Source: Candidatus Omnitrophota bacterium
GTDB taxonomy: Bacteria; Omnitrophota; Gorgyraeia; Gygaellales; Profunditerraquicolaceae
Assembly (NCBI GenBank): GCA_041651035.1
Contig: JBAZKC010000002.1
Location: 120,697 to 184,696, forward strand
Length of the DNA stretch: 64,000 bases
Direction: 5' to 3'
The notes under the pieces are model-generated. The model saw only the letters and a program-made list of their open reading frames with translations. It was not told the DNA's origin and searched no databases. Within the stretch, counting starts at the first letter, position 1; every line of letters starts with the position of its first letter. Shown one piece after another: positions 37,575-47,700 of this stretch. A program made the position numbers and the translations under genes.

Positions 37575-39371
37575 ATGGATAAATCTTTAATACGTAATTT
37601 TAGTATAATCGCCCACATCGACCATGGTAAATCCACTCTGGCAGACAGGATACTGGAGTTGACTGGCGCGGTGGATAAAAGGCATAAAGGTAACCAGCTC
37701 TTAGATGATATGGACCTGGAAAAAGAGCGGGGTATTACTATTAAAGCCTCGATGGTAAGGTTGGCGTATCGTTCTAGGAAAGATAATAAGGAGTACGTAT
37801 TAAACCTTATTGATACGCCCGGGCACGTAGATTTTACCTACGAAGTGTCCAAATCTTTGGCAGCCTGCGAGGGCGCGGTTTTAGTGATAGACGCCGGACA
37901 GGGTATTGAAGCGCAAACTGTAGCTAATTATTATCTGGCCAGAGACAACAAACTGACGGTTATCCCGGTGATAAACAAGATCGACCTTACCAGCATCGAT
38001 ATCCCGCGCATAGAGAAACAGATCACCGATGTTTTGGGCTTTGCTAAAGAAGACATATTGCGGGCTTCCGCTAAGGAAGGTATCGGTATTGAGGATATCT
38101 TAGAAAGGATCATTGAGGCCGTGCCGGAGCCTAAAGGCGAGATCGCCCGCCCCTTAAAAGCGCTGGTTTTTGATTGCCGTTTTGACCCTTTTAAAGGAGT
38201 GGTGGTTTTTGTCAGGGTAGTAGACGGTAATATAGATATAAATACGCAGCTTAAAATGATGCACTCGGGTAAAATTTATAAAATGGAAGAACTGGGAGTT
38301 TTAAAGAACCTTAAATATTCCCAGGTTTTGAGCCTTTCGGCAGGAGAAGTCGGATACTTTACCGCCAATATGAGGGACCCCAGAGAGATCGTTATCGGAG
38401 ACACTATTACCGATAATAAGAATCCCTGCCTGGGAGCCTTGCCGGGGTATAAGACTTTAAAGCCGCTGGTATTTTGCGGCATATATCCGGTTAATTCCGG
38501 GGATTTTCCCCGCCTGCGCGACGCGATGGATAAACTTAAGTTGTCAGACGCGTCTTTTTGTTTTGAACCGGAGAATTCCCAGTCGTTCGGTTTTGGATTC
38601 AGGTGCGGTTTCCTGGGGCTGCTGCATATGGAAATAGTCCAGGAACGGCTGGAAAGAGAATATAACCTTAATTTGATATTAACTGTCCCCAATGTCGTAT
38701 ACAAAGTAAAGAAAAGAAACGGCGAGTTTATAGAAATGGATACTCCCGCGAAGTTCTCCGGGCAGGACATAGAGGAAGCATATGAACCATACGTGAGCCT
38801 GTTGATAATTATTCCTGTTGAGGTGATCGACCCGGTATGTGAATTGGCAAAAGCGCGCCGGGGAGTCTTTTGTTCCAGCGACTATCTCGGTGATGACAGG
38901 GTAAAATTAACCTTTAATATACCTCTTTCAGAGATCATCGTGGATTTTTATGACCGGATGAAATCTTTAAGTAAGGGGTACGGCTCCCTGGATTATGAAT
39001 TCAAGGATTATTTTCCCACGAAGCTGGTCAGGATGGATATACTGCTGAATGGCACGCCCTGCGACGCCTTTTCTTCCTTGATGCACAAAGATAAAGCCAC
39101 GCATAAAGCGCACGCCCTGGTGGATAAATTGCAGGAACTTATCCCGCGGCAGGTCTTTGAAGTAACTATTCAGGCAGCGGTAGGCAGCCAGATCCTGGCA
39201 TCCGCTAAAGTCCGTCCCTTAACAAAGCATGTTACCAGTAAATGTTACGGCGGCGATATCACCCGTAAGCGCAAGCTTTGGGATAAACAGAAAGAAGGAA
39301 AGAAGAGGCTTAAGACATTTGGGAGAGTAGAAATTCCTCAAGAGGCATTCCTGGAGGTACTTAAAATATGA
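37575..39371 (+). CDS. lepA: Elongation factor 4
   Basis: GTPase motifs AHIDHGKST and DTPGHVDF; LepA-specific C-terminus. Confidence 0.95.
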   Translation: MDKSLIRNFSIIAHIDHGKSTLADRILELTGAVDKRHKGNQLLDDMDLEKERGITIKASMVRLAYRSRKDNKEYVLNLIDTPGHVDFTYEVSKSLAACEGAVLVIDAGQGIEAQTVANYYLARDNKLTVIPVINKIDLTSIDIPRIEKQITDVLGFAKEDILRASAKEGIGIEDILERIIEAVPEPKGEIARPLKALVFDCRFDPFKGVVVFVRVVDGNIDINTQLKMMHSGKIYKMEELGVLKNLKYSQVLSLSAGEVGYFTANMRDPREIVIGDTITDNKNPCLGALPGYKTLKPLVFCGIYPVNSGDFPRLRDAMDKLKLSDASFCFEPENSQSFGFGFRCGFLGLLHMEIVQERLEREYNLNLILTVPNVVYKVKKRNGEFIEMDTPAKFSGQDIEEAYEPYVSLLIIIPVEVIDPVCELAKARRGVFCSSDYLGDDRVKLTFNIPLSEIIVDFYDRMKSLSKGYGSLDYEFKDYFPTKLVRMDILLNGTPCDAFSSLMHKDKATHKAHALVDKLQELIPRQVFEVTIQAAVGSQILASAKVRPLTKHVTSKCYGGDITRKRKLWDKQKEGKKRLKTFGRVEIPQEAFLEVLKI

Positions 39372-39964
39372 GCGATAAAATTAAAAGTTCAGGAGTCATG
39401 AAGAAGTCCGTAGTGCGCGAGTGGGCTGAATCAATTATTATTGCTTTTATACTGGCAATGATCATCCGCGCGTTCCTGGCGCAGGCGTTTAAGATCCCCA
39501 CTGGCTCTATGCGGTCTACGCTCCTGGAGGGGGATTTGATCTTGGTGAATAAATTAATCTACGGAGCCAAAGTTCCTTTTACCGATCTAACATTGCCCGC
39601 GCTGGCGCAGCCTAAGAGAGGGGATGTGGTTGTCTTCATCTATCCTGAAGACCCTAAAAAAGACTTCGTAAAAAGGCTTGTTGCTTTACCCGGAGAAACG
39701 GTGGAGATAAAGAGCGGGTCCATATACATAAATGATGTACCGTTATTAAGCCCTGTATTTAACCAAAGGTATTATTATAACCGGGGAGATTTTGCCGAGG
39801 AAGGAAAAAAAATAGTCGTGCCTGAGGGCAGCTTCTTCGTTTTGGGAGACAATTCCGCTTCTTCAAAAGACAGCCGGTATTGGGGGTTTGTCCCGCGGAA
39901 AAATATTTTAGGCAAGGCGATGGTAATTTATTGGCCGCCTCAACGCATAAGGATAATACGATGA
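39368..39964 (+). CDS. lepB: Signal peptidase I
   Basis: Catalytic Ser motif SMRSTL and the GDNSASSKDSRYWG box. Confidence 0.9.
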   Translation: MSDKIKSSGVMKKSVVREWAESIIIAFILAMIIRAFLAQAFKIPTGSMRSTLLEGDLILVNKLIYGAKVPFTDLTLPALAQPKRGDVVVFIYPEDPKKDFVKRLVALPGETVEIKSGSIYINDVPLLSPVFNQRYYYNRGDFAEEGKKIVVPEGSFFVLGDNSASSKDSRYWGFVPRKNILGKAMVIYWPPQRIRIIR

Positions 39965-40524
39965 ACTTCGCGAATAAGATCTCTACATTCAGGATATTGA
40001 TCGTCCCGTTTTTTATTGCCAGTTTAATTTATTACTCTCCGCAAAGAGACTATCTTAGGTTTGTCGCCTTAGTCATATTTATTTTAGCGGTTATTTCCGA
40101 CGCGGTGGATGGGTATGTTGCCAGAAAATCAAAACAAATGTCTAAGGCGGGAGTTGTCCTGGACCCTCTGGGAGATAAATTGCTGCTGATGAGCGCTTTT
40201 ATTTGTTTGACCGTAGTCAAGGAATTCCCTTTAAAGTTCCCTTTGTGGGTTACTTTTGTGGTAATAAGCAGGGACGCGATCATCTTGTTAGGGACGATAG
40301 TGATCTATATGGTTAAACAAAGCATAGATATCTATCCGTCAAGATGGGGCAAGCTTTCCACTACTTTTCAGATGCTTTCAGTTATTTTTGTCCTTATGCA
40401 AGACAGGCACGCCTATATTATTTGGTGGTTAGCCGTAATTTTTACAATTATTTCAGGGGTATATTACACAAAGAAAGGGTTTAAGGCTTTATATGCTGTT
40501 GATAATTTCAGGGGCATTCGTTAG
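39961..40524 (+). CDS. pgsA: CDP-diacylglycerol--glycerol-3-phosphate 3-phosphatidyltransferase. The ORF track is over-extended; the start is at MNFANK.
   Basis: CDP-alcohol phosphatidyltransferase motif DAVDGYVAR...G...D...D. Confidence 0.8.
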   Translation: MNFANKISTFRILIVPFFIASLIYYSPQRDYLRFVALVIFILAVISDAVDGYVARKSKQMSKAGVVLDPLGDKLLLMSAFICLTVVKEFPLKFPLWVTFVVISRDAIILLGTIVIYMVKQSIDIYPSRWGKLSTTFQMLSVIFVLMQDRHAYIIWWLAVIFTIISGVYYTKKGFKALYAVDNFRGIR

Positions 40525-41128
40525 CTATCTTATCGGATCTATTCCTACAGCTTATATATTCGGCAGGCTGCTAAAAGGAATAGATATCCGTAATTTCGGT
40601 TCAGGTAATATCGGCGCGACTAACGCGTTACGCGTATTAGGCAAGCGCGCGGGAATAACGGTACTGGTTTTAGACGTACTTAAAGGTTTTATAGCGGTAG
40701 TTTTCCTGGGTAACCTTATAGCTTCTAAAACCGCCTTTATCCCGGAGGGCACTCTCCGGCTGATATTGGGATTATGCTGTATCTGCGGGCATAACTGGAC
40801 GATATTTCTGAAATTCAAGGGCGGCAAAGGCATAGCTACGACATTCGGCGTATTATTGGGTTTATCGGTTAAGATAGCAGGTTTAAAGCTGGTATTAGTT
40901 TTAATAATATTAACCTGGGTTTTGACTTTCATTATCACCAGGATCGTATCCGTAGCTTCGATCGTAACAGGTATTTCTCTGCCCTTGTATATGCTTGTAT
41001 TTAAACAGTCAAAAATGCTGCTGTATTTAAGCCTTTTACTCTGTGTTTTTGTCATACTGCGCCACAAATCCAACCTTAAAAGGATCCTTAAGGGGAAAGA
41101 ACCCCGTCTCAACTTAACAAGTAAATAG
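40493..41128 (+). CDS. plsY: Glycerol-3-phosphate acyltransferase PlsY
   Basis: GSGNIGATN motif. Confidence 0.9.
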   Translation: MLLIISGAFVSYLIGSIPTAYIFGRLLKGIDIRNFGSGNIGATNALRVLGKRAGITVLVLDVLKGFIAVVFLGNLIASKTAFIPEGTLRLILGLCCICGHNWTIFLKFKGGKGIATTFGVLLGLSVKIAGLKLVLVLIILTWVLTFIITRIVSVASIVTGISLPLYMLVFKQSKMLLYLSLLLCVFVILRHKSNLKRILKGKEPRLNLTSK

Positions 41129-41245
41129 TCCGTTTAGCACTCCTGAAAACGCTTTCTTTTAACGCTCCTATCATCTTGAAAAGCATTGATTTTAGATGGT
41201 ATACTTGACTTGTAATCGGACATATTTTAGGATGAGGAATAAAAT

Positions 41246-41602
41246 ATGAGAGACTTACTATTCAAAAATCTAACTTCGGTAGACAGAAAGCGTAAGGTAG
41301 TGTCCACCTCCGAAACTATGGAGAATCAGGGCATTAGAAGCGTAATACGCCGTCATTTTGTTTGTATGATGAAAGAGGTTATGGCCGAGGATATGGAAAA
41401 AAAGCCTTCGCCGTATCTTTATGTTTTAAAGATCCGCAATGCCAAAGAGCAAAAAGAGAAGTTTTTCTGCAGGATAAAAGGAAGCGTGTACGCGATAAAT
41501 AAGGGCAGGATATTCCTTATTGTTTTCGCGCATTCTTTAAAAGTTGATCTTGCGGCTACGACTCATGATCTGGCAGGATATAAGGAGGATAATAGTACCT
41601 AA
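41246..41602 (+). CDS. Hypothetical protein of 118 aa
   Basis: ORF with upstream SD gaggaat; no family recognised. Confidence 0.4.
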   Translation: MRDLLFKNLTSVDRKRKVVSTSETMENQGIRSVIRRHFVCMMKEVMAEDMEKKPSPYLYVLKIRNAKEQKEKFFCRIKGSVYAINKGRIFLIVFAHSLKVDLAATTHDLAGYKEDNST

Positions 41603-41662
41603 CTCTTTGGGGCATAAAGAGTTTTATCTCTGATTATTGTTAGGAATACGCGGAAAATCTAG

Positions 41663-41698
41663 GGGACGGTTCTAGAATAGAACCGTCCCCTTGTTTTT
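41663..41698 (+). terminator. Perfect 13-bp-arm palindrome ggggacggttcta-gaa-tagaaccgtcccc followed by a T-run. It is a terminator and a member of the GGGGAC/GTCCCC family.
   Basis: Direct reading. Confidence 0.75.
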
Positions 41699-41762
41699 AC
41701 CTGTCTTAACTTAGTTTCTTAGCAGCTTTCGCGGCGGCAAGATGCTTTATAATCCCTTCGTT

Positions 41763-41869
41763 ATCCCGCCTCGTAAGATATGCCAAAATTCTCTTCGTTA
41801 CCTTCGGTAACTTTGATAATTTTGGCATACTCGGCGGGATATCTTTGCGCATTATAAATGCGCAAAGAT
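41763..41869. repeat. Composite structured element: the 22-mer cccgcctcgtaagatatgccaaaatt, an inner hairpin gttacc-ttcg-ggtaac, an inverted partial copy aattttggcatactcggcggg, and the perfect palindrome atctttgcgcatt-ata-aatgcgcaaagat
   Basis: Direct reading. The 22-mer is identical to 2384-2405 apart from one substitution. Confidence 0.75.
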
Positions 41870-41879
41870 TAAATTTTTA

Positions 41880-41908
41880 TTGACACATTCGGAAAAAATA
41901 TATAAAAT
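41880..41908 (+). promoter_or_regulatory. Consensus sigma70 promoter TTGACA-N17-TAAAAT ending 6 nt before the ATG at 41915, implying a leaderless or near-leaderless transcript
   Basis: Direct reading: ttgacacattcggaaaaaatatataaaat aacgta ATG. Confidence 0.55.
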
Positions 41909-41914
41909 AACGTA

Positions 41915-44659
41915 ATGCAAAAACAGCCCACCAGGGTATTATCAATCTGTATAATTCTATTTTTATGCCTGACTACCAGTTCGGCTTTTGCCGCGTCTCA
42001 GGCAGCGCAGTATCTTTCTGAATTCGGCGCCACATTTTATCGCATGGGTAAGTTTGATGATGCCTTAGGCGAGTTTGAAAAAGTGCTCATGATTGAGCCT
42101 GATAACCAAGAGGCAAAAGCCTATATCAGGCTTATTTTTCAGAAGGAAGCGGCAGTACGCGCTCAAGCTCAAGTTAATCCCCTGGCAAAATCTTCAATAG
42201 GCGGGGCACCGGATGTAGATAATGTTAAACCAAGCCGGGAAGACGCGATCTCGAATACTTTAAACCAATTAGACAGTGAAAGTTCTTATGGGAAAAAACC
42301 AGGCACATCTTTAAATAAAGGCATAGTAATAAGCGGAGAAGCAATGCTGAGCCTGGGCGTTACGCCTCATGATGTGATCTGGAAACGGGCTAATTTTGAC
42401 TTAAACGAGGAATATCAAAGCTGGCGCAGGAATTCCACCGCGGTTTTTAACCGTGGTTTTAATACTTATGACCCGAGGGTTTATGATTCGCTGGTTATAA
42501 ACGCGGATACTCAAAATAAAGAAGGCTTCAATTTCCATACCAATATTACGATAGATCCCTGGAGTTTTGTAGGTAAGAGCGACAAGATCACGGTTACCGG
42601 TTCCAACGGCGATACCGCCCAGTTGCAGCTGTATTACTGGTCCAACACCGGTTATGTGGTAAATGACACGGCATATACTTCCTCTAAGGGGGATAGTTTC
42701 GGGATCCCCGAAGTAAAAGTAAAAAATGGAATATCCGATGGTTTTACTTCCACTTCTTACCGCTTAGGCGCCACTTACGATGTCCCCGCCATGAAGATCA
42801 AGCGGGAGTTCCAGCCGTTGCGCGAGTTATGGCTGAATTATAATAATGACCAGCTGAAATTCAGGGCGTTTCCCATGTCTTATCAGGACCAGGCTTATTC
42901 TTCAGATGATCCCATGGGGATAACTAATCACGGTATATGGTGGAACGAAAGTAAGTGGCTGCGCCAGTATACGCCAGGCAATTATAACTCCGGGGATACG
43001 ACACCCAGTTATACTAAGGGCTATTGGAATGACGCTCTTTCTTCCTTAAGTAAAGATTCTACCGGCAAATATTTAACCGCTTTAAGAGGTTTCTCTTTCA
43101 CCATCCAGCCGCAGGAACAGGTTTCTTTTGACACTACTATTGCCACGCCTAAAAACCTCTGGCAGGATTATGGACAGGTAGATAACATTATTTCCGCCAG
43201 CCGCCTTAAATATAAGCCGAAAGATAACTTTATGCTGGGCAGTACCTTTACCAGCCGCACGGGATTTATAACCGAAAAAAAACAGGAACTAGACAGCCGG
43301 AACTTTGTTGCCGGAGTGGATCTAGGATATGAGATAGCTGATGGGATAAAAGCCCAGGCAGAAGCATTGGGTTCTAAGTCATACTATGATGAGAGCAATT
43401 CTAACTACAGGACACAAGACCAGGGTAACGCCTACTATTTTTCTTTAATTACCCGCTACCCCAGAGAAAGCATCATGGACTTAAAATACGGCTATGATGA
43501 AATAGGCATGAAGAAAGGGGAAACTTTCCTGACCAAAAGCAAGTTTTACGCCGCGCGCATGGATAACGGTTTTGATTCAGCGCTTTCTGATTTCCATAAT
43601 ACGCGCCAGGATGTGTTCTGGTCAAGGCATATACATTTTCGCATGCCTTTGAAATATTACAGTTCCGGGCTATATGGCAACAGGACAAATTGGGATGAGT
43701 TAAACGCTACTAAGATAGGCGACGGCATCGATATCGGCCGTAATGTTTTAGGCTACCGTTTTGAAACATTCTTAGAAAATAAATTCTATAACCTTTTTGA
43801 CGTGCGTAACGTGCACAATGTAAAAGGAAAATTCGTGGAAAACGTAGTGCGGGACGAGGCCACTATTAAAGTAACTGATAAATTGACTGCCAAGGTACTG
43901 GGAATTTACCAGAAATTACCCCGGACTACGGGCGGAGTAGACCCTTTTATATACGATGGGGTAACAGGCGATTTTTTCCTTAACTCGGCAGTCCCTGACG
44001 GAGAGGATCCTTCTATTAAAACAGGTTCCTTTGGCTTAAATTATGATTTCTTTGATTGGTTGAGTATAAATGGTATATATGAACGCACGAATGATTATAG
44101 CCTGGCGTATGGCGGTTTCCCTCAGGATGTATATATAAACAATACTACCTTGTACGGGACCTATTACCAGAATGACAAACTCTACCGCGCTATTCAGTCT
44201 TTTCTTTACAACCAGCAGTATTATCCGCAGGCGCCTTATCCTTACTACAACGTGGCTAAGGCCGGGTTAAGGTTGGCCCCGTTTAAGAATATGGAGATGT
44301 ATATTGACTATGCTTATAACGAATTCAAGGCTGCCTCCATGAATTCCGACGGCATGAACCACGTAGGCTTTGAAGTAGCCTATATGCCGACCAGCAAATT
44401 CGGCATGGCTTTAAAATATATTTTCTCGCGTTCTCAGGATATGGATCATTTACTGGCAGGTGACGACAATATGATAGGGCACCATAACTTTTTTGGAGAA
44501 TTCAGGTATCTTCCTTCTAAAGACGATGAGCTTATCCTGCAGTACGGAGAAGGCAATAGCAGCGCTATCGGCAATATGGTTTTGGACCCTTACGGTGGCA
44601 GCATGCTTACCTTAGACACGCAGCATATTTTCCGCGCTTATTATCGTAGAAAATTTTAA
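41915..44659 (+). CDS. Large secreted protein of 914 aa: signal peptide, N-terminal TPR-like segment, aromatic/Asn/Gly-rich body and C-terminal Phe. Putative outer-membrane beta-barrel.
   Basis: Signal peptide MQKQPTRVLSICIILFLCLTTSSAFAAS; TPR-like YRMGKFDDALGEFEKVLMIEPDN; terminal ...YYRRKF. Confidence 0.55.
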   Translation: MQKQPTRVLSICIILFLCLTTSSAFAASQAAQYLSEFGATFYRMGKFDDALGEFEKVLMIEPDNQEAKAYIRLIFQKEAAVRAQAQVNPLAKSSIGGAPDVDNVKPSREDAISNTLNQLDSESSYGKKPGTSLNKGIVISGEAMLSLGVTPHDVIWKRANFDLNEEYQSWRRNSTAVFNRGFNTYDPRVYDSLVINADTQNKEGFNFHTNITIDPWSFVGKSDKITVTGSNGDTAQLQLYYWSNTGYVVNDTAYTSSKGDSFGIPEVKVKNGISDGFTSTSYRLGATYDVPAMKIKREFQPLRELWLNYNNDQLKFRAFPMSYQDQAYSSDDPMGITNHGIWWNESKWLRQYTPGNYNSGDTTPSYTKGYWNDALSSLSKDSTGKYLTALRGFSFTIQPQEQVSFDTTIATPKNLWQDYGQVDNIISASRLKYKPKDNFMLGSTFTSRTGFITEKKQELDSRNFVAGVDLGYEIADGIKAQAEALGSKSYYDESNSNYRTQDQGNAYYFSLITRYPRESIMDLKYGYDEIGMKKGETFLTKSKFYAARMDNGFDSALSDFHNTRQDVFWSRHIHFRMPLKYYSSGLYGNRTNWDELNATKIGDGIDIGRNVLGYRFETFLENKFYNLFDVRNVHNVKGKFVENVVRDEATIKVTDKLTAKVLGIYQKLPRTTGGVDPFIYDGVTGDFFLNSAVPDGEDPSIKTGSFGLNYDFFDWLSINGIYERTNDYSLAYGGFPQDVYINNTTLYGTYYQNDKLYRAIQSFLYNQQYYPQAPYPYYNVAKAGLRLAPFKNMEMYIDYAYNEFKAASMNSDGMNHVGFEVAYMPTSKFGMALKYIFSRSQDMDHLLAGDDNMIGHHNFFGEFRYLPSKDDELILQYGEGNSSAIGNMVLDPYGGSMLTLDTQHIFRAYYRRKF

Positions 44660-44705
44660 TCTCGCGCATTGCAAATGCGCGAGATTTTGCCATATCTTAG
44701 GAGTC
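44658..44705. terminator. Bidirectional terminator palindrome aatctcgcgcatt-gca-aatgcgcgagatt between convergent genes, fused to an inverted copy of the CTCNTAAGATATGSCAAAA element
   Basis: Direct reading. The palindrome belongs to the same family as 41841-41869. Confidence 0.7.
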
Positions 44706-44713
44706 GGCGAAAC

Positions 44714-47700
44714 TCACTTCCCCAAATAAATATCTATAAAATTAACCTGGCCTGATCTTATTTGTTGAGCATAGGGTGCGGGTATGATGTTAGAGGGTAT
44801 TTCAACAGGGTTGCCGCCTGCGTCATTGAATAATATCTTTTTGCAGGTAACTTTATCCTTGCCAAAGGTATCCTTGCGGAGGGAATTATAGTAGGTCACT
44901 TGTATTTTACCCAAGAAATTAAAGGTATAGGTTTTTTCTTTCTTACGGAACAGCCATCCGGCTAATAAGGGTTCAATCTTTAAGTTTAGCTCGCCCTGTT
45001 CGTTTAGAAAAAACGGGCAGGAGCCGATGTTCATGGTAAGCCAGATCTCCAGGAATTCAGCTGTCGAGCCGGACAGCCTCGCCACAAAGCCGTTGCCATG
45101 CAGATGTTTATCAGGAAAAGCGCTGCTGACTAAGAATGAGGAGTTTTCCAGTGTGCTGCGCCCGTATTGGACGGGGTCCTGAAAAGGTATAAGCACATTC
45201 TTAAAATCTTCATAGAATTCTTTATACAGGCCCTGTTTTAATATTTCTAACAGATATTTATATTCCATGTGCAGCCATATAGATTCGTTTTCCAGCCATC
45301 CCGGCGTAAATACGCGGCACCTGCCGATCTCTTCAGGCTGGCTGATAAGCGGAGCGGTTACTTTATACATCTTAAGCTTTTTATCGTAAAGTTCTCCCAG
45401 CCTTATCGCCCGGTATAAGGATCTTGCCGTGTTTATGTCTTTACAAAGTCTTAAGGCGTGCATTTGGCCTTCCAGGAAGAAGGGGAGCCTTTTCTGGATA
45501 AATTTAGTGGGTTTCACAAAGGGTTCTTTTAAGGGCTCATATTCTACCACTTCGTTTATAAAATAGGCATAATAAGTATTTCTTTTTTTATCCAGGGACC
45601 TGTCGATCCCTGTATTTACTTTCTCCAGCGCGGCATTTAAAATATCTTTTAGCTGGTTGGTTTCCATTTCTATTTCTTTACCGCTAAAGCCAAGCCGGGT
45701 TTTATGGTTATAGCCTTCTTTAAGGGAATGGCTTTTATCCCAATATTGGTAATCCGCGTCTGCCGCTTGCGAGGCATTAAAATATTCTTTTGTTAAGGAG
45801 TTTAAGCCGATAAGAAAGTTGTGGATTTCTTCGGTAACGCGCACTTTTCCTGAGTCAGCCCTGCCCAGGGCCCGCGTAATCAGCAGGATCAATCTTTTTA
45901 GCTCAAAGGTTTCGCAGAGAGAAGAGCCGAACAGGGAGGGCAGGCCATTTAAAGCATCGAACCAATTAGGCTTATCCGCTTCCATTTCGATGCCGCAGCC
46001 AAAAGGATCCAGTGAGGCCAGTTTAGTTGCCAACAGGCATAACAATTTATTAATTAGGGTAGTTTGGTATATTTCTCCCAGCCCGTACTGAGTCCTGACG
46101 ACATGAGCCTGGGTTGTTCTTTTCCGGATCATTTCTTTCTTGGCGTTGTCAGACACCAATGAATGCAGCTGCCTTACCTTACCGTACCTAAGCAGGTATT
46201 TTTCCTGCCGCGGCTTAACAGTTTCGATATTGTCGTAAAAGGTAAAAACCCTCTTATCAAAGAATATCTCCCGGTATTTTTCAGGGTAAAGGCTTAAAAA
46301 GCTATCCAGCAAATCAAGGTTATACGCCCAATGGTCTGTCCAGAATCCTTCGCCATGCTCTGCTTCCTGTAATTTCAGGGAATTAGATATAAGCAATCCT
46401 ATGAATTCATCGTATGCCGCGTTAAGTTTTATTTTATTTTCTTCGATAAAAAAGATCAGTTCCCCGGGGGTAAATCCCGTCAAGTAGCGTTTATCCTGGG
46501 GCGCGGATTTATCAGGCGGGGCATCCAGTTTATCCAGGAATGAAGCGATCTTTAAAATATCTTCTTCTCCCGCCAAACCCTTTAAGAGTATTCTTAAATC
46601 CGTTCCTTCTTTTAGTTTAAAGCTCGTGCCTTTGATTATTAAAGGATTAAAGCCGTCTGCCTGCAGAAGATTAAAGAAATAGATCAGGTTCTCGTCTTTT
46701 ATACCAGGGTTAAACCAGGCATCGCTTCTGCGGTTTTGATTCATATCGCGGTAATTACCGTTACCTTGCGAAAAATAAGCGGGCTGTAATTGGAATTTAT
46801 TATAATCTCTTTCTAGGTCTCCGTGTTTCCGGGAATAGAGATAGAACACAGAATCAGAAAGCGTGAGCGGGTAGCCGCCGCGCATAACATTGTCTAGGTA
46901 TGTCTGCTTAGCGTAGAGATCAAAGTGCCTGGAACTAGAGACTGTGGCTATATCGGACTCTATGCCGCTGATAATATTTTTATTTTCTTCTTTTTTCCGC
47001 GCGAGGTATCCGGCAGCGGTAATTTTATTAAGGGATGTATTCAGCATTTCCACGCTACTCATGGAACCTGCCACAGAGCAGAATACTTTTTCTTCGCAGT
47101 CGGATAATTCAAAGTTAAAGAGCAGGAAGGCGCAAGGGGTCTTACTTTTGGTTATTTGTTCTTTAGGATACCGAAAATTATTCGCGGCCAGGAATTCATG
47201 AGGCAAAGAGAAATCGGCAGGCGGGCCGAATATACACTGGGGATCTACTATAGGTTTTATGATCTTCGGCTTTTCCGGTCCGGGGAGAAAACCCAGGTAG
47301 AAATTACCTTCTTTTATATGAATGACTTCCGGCCTGTCTGAAGGGTCAACATCCAGTTTATAGAAAGGAGCACCTTTATCAAGGTTTTCCACGTTCATCC
47401 ATGCTTCTATGGTGCGGCTCATTTTCTTGAGGAAGAAGTTATTGACACCGTATGGCACGATTTGAGGCAGGCCGTCAAGTAATTGTATTTTCTTAGCGGA
47501 ACGCCCGGAATTTTTAATAGTTACTATTCTGGCTAGGCCGGCATAAGAATCATTGGGAATGTTGAAATATTCTACCTTTACTTTAAGGCCCAGGGATATA
47601 TTATCCTCTTCCAGCGTTAAGCCGGATGAAGAGACGCGCATTGAGTTGGCAATATTGAATCCTGAATTTACGGATCCATTCTGAAACGGCTCATAAAATA

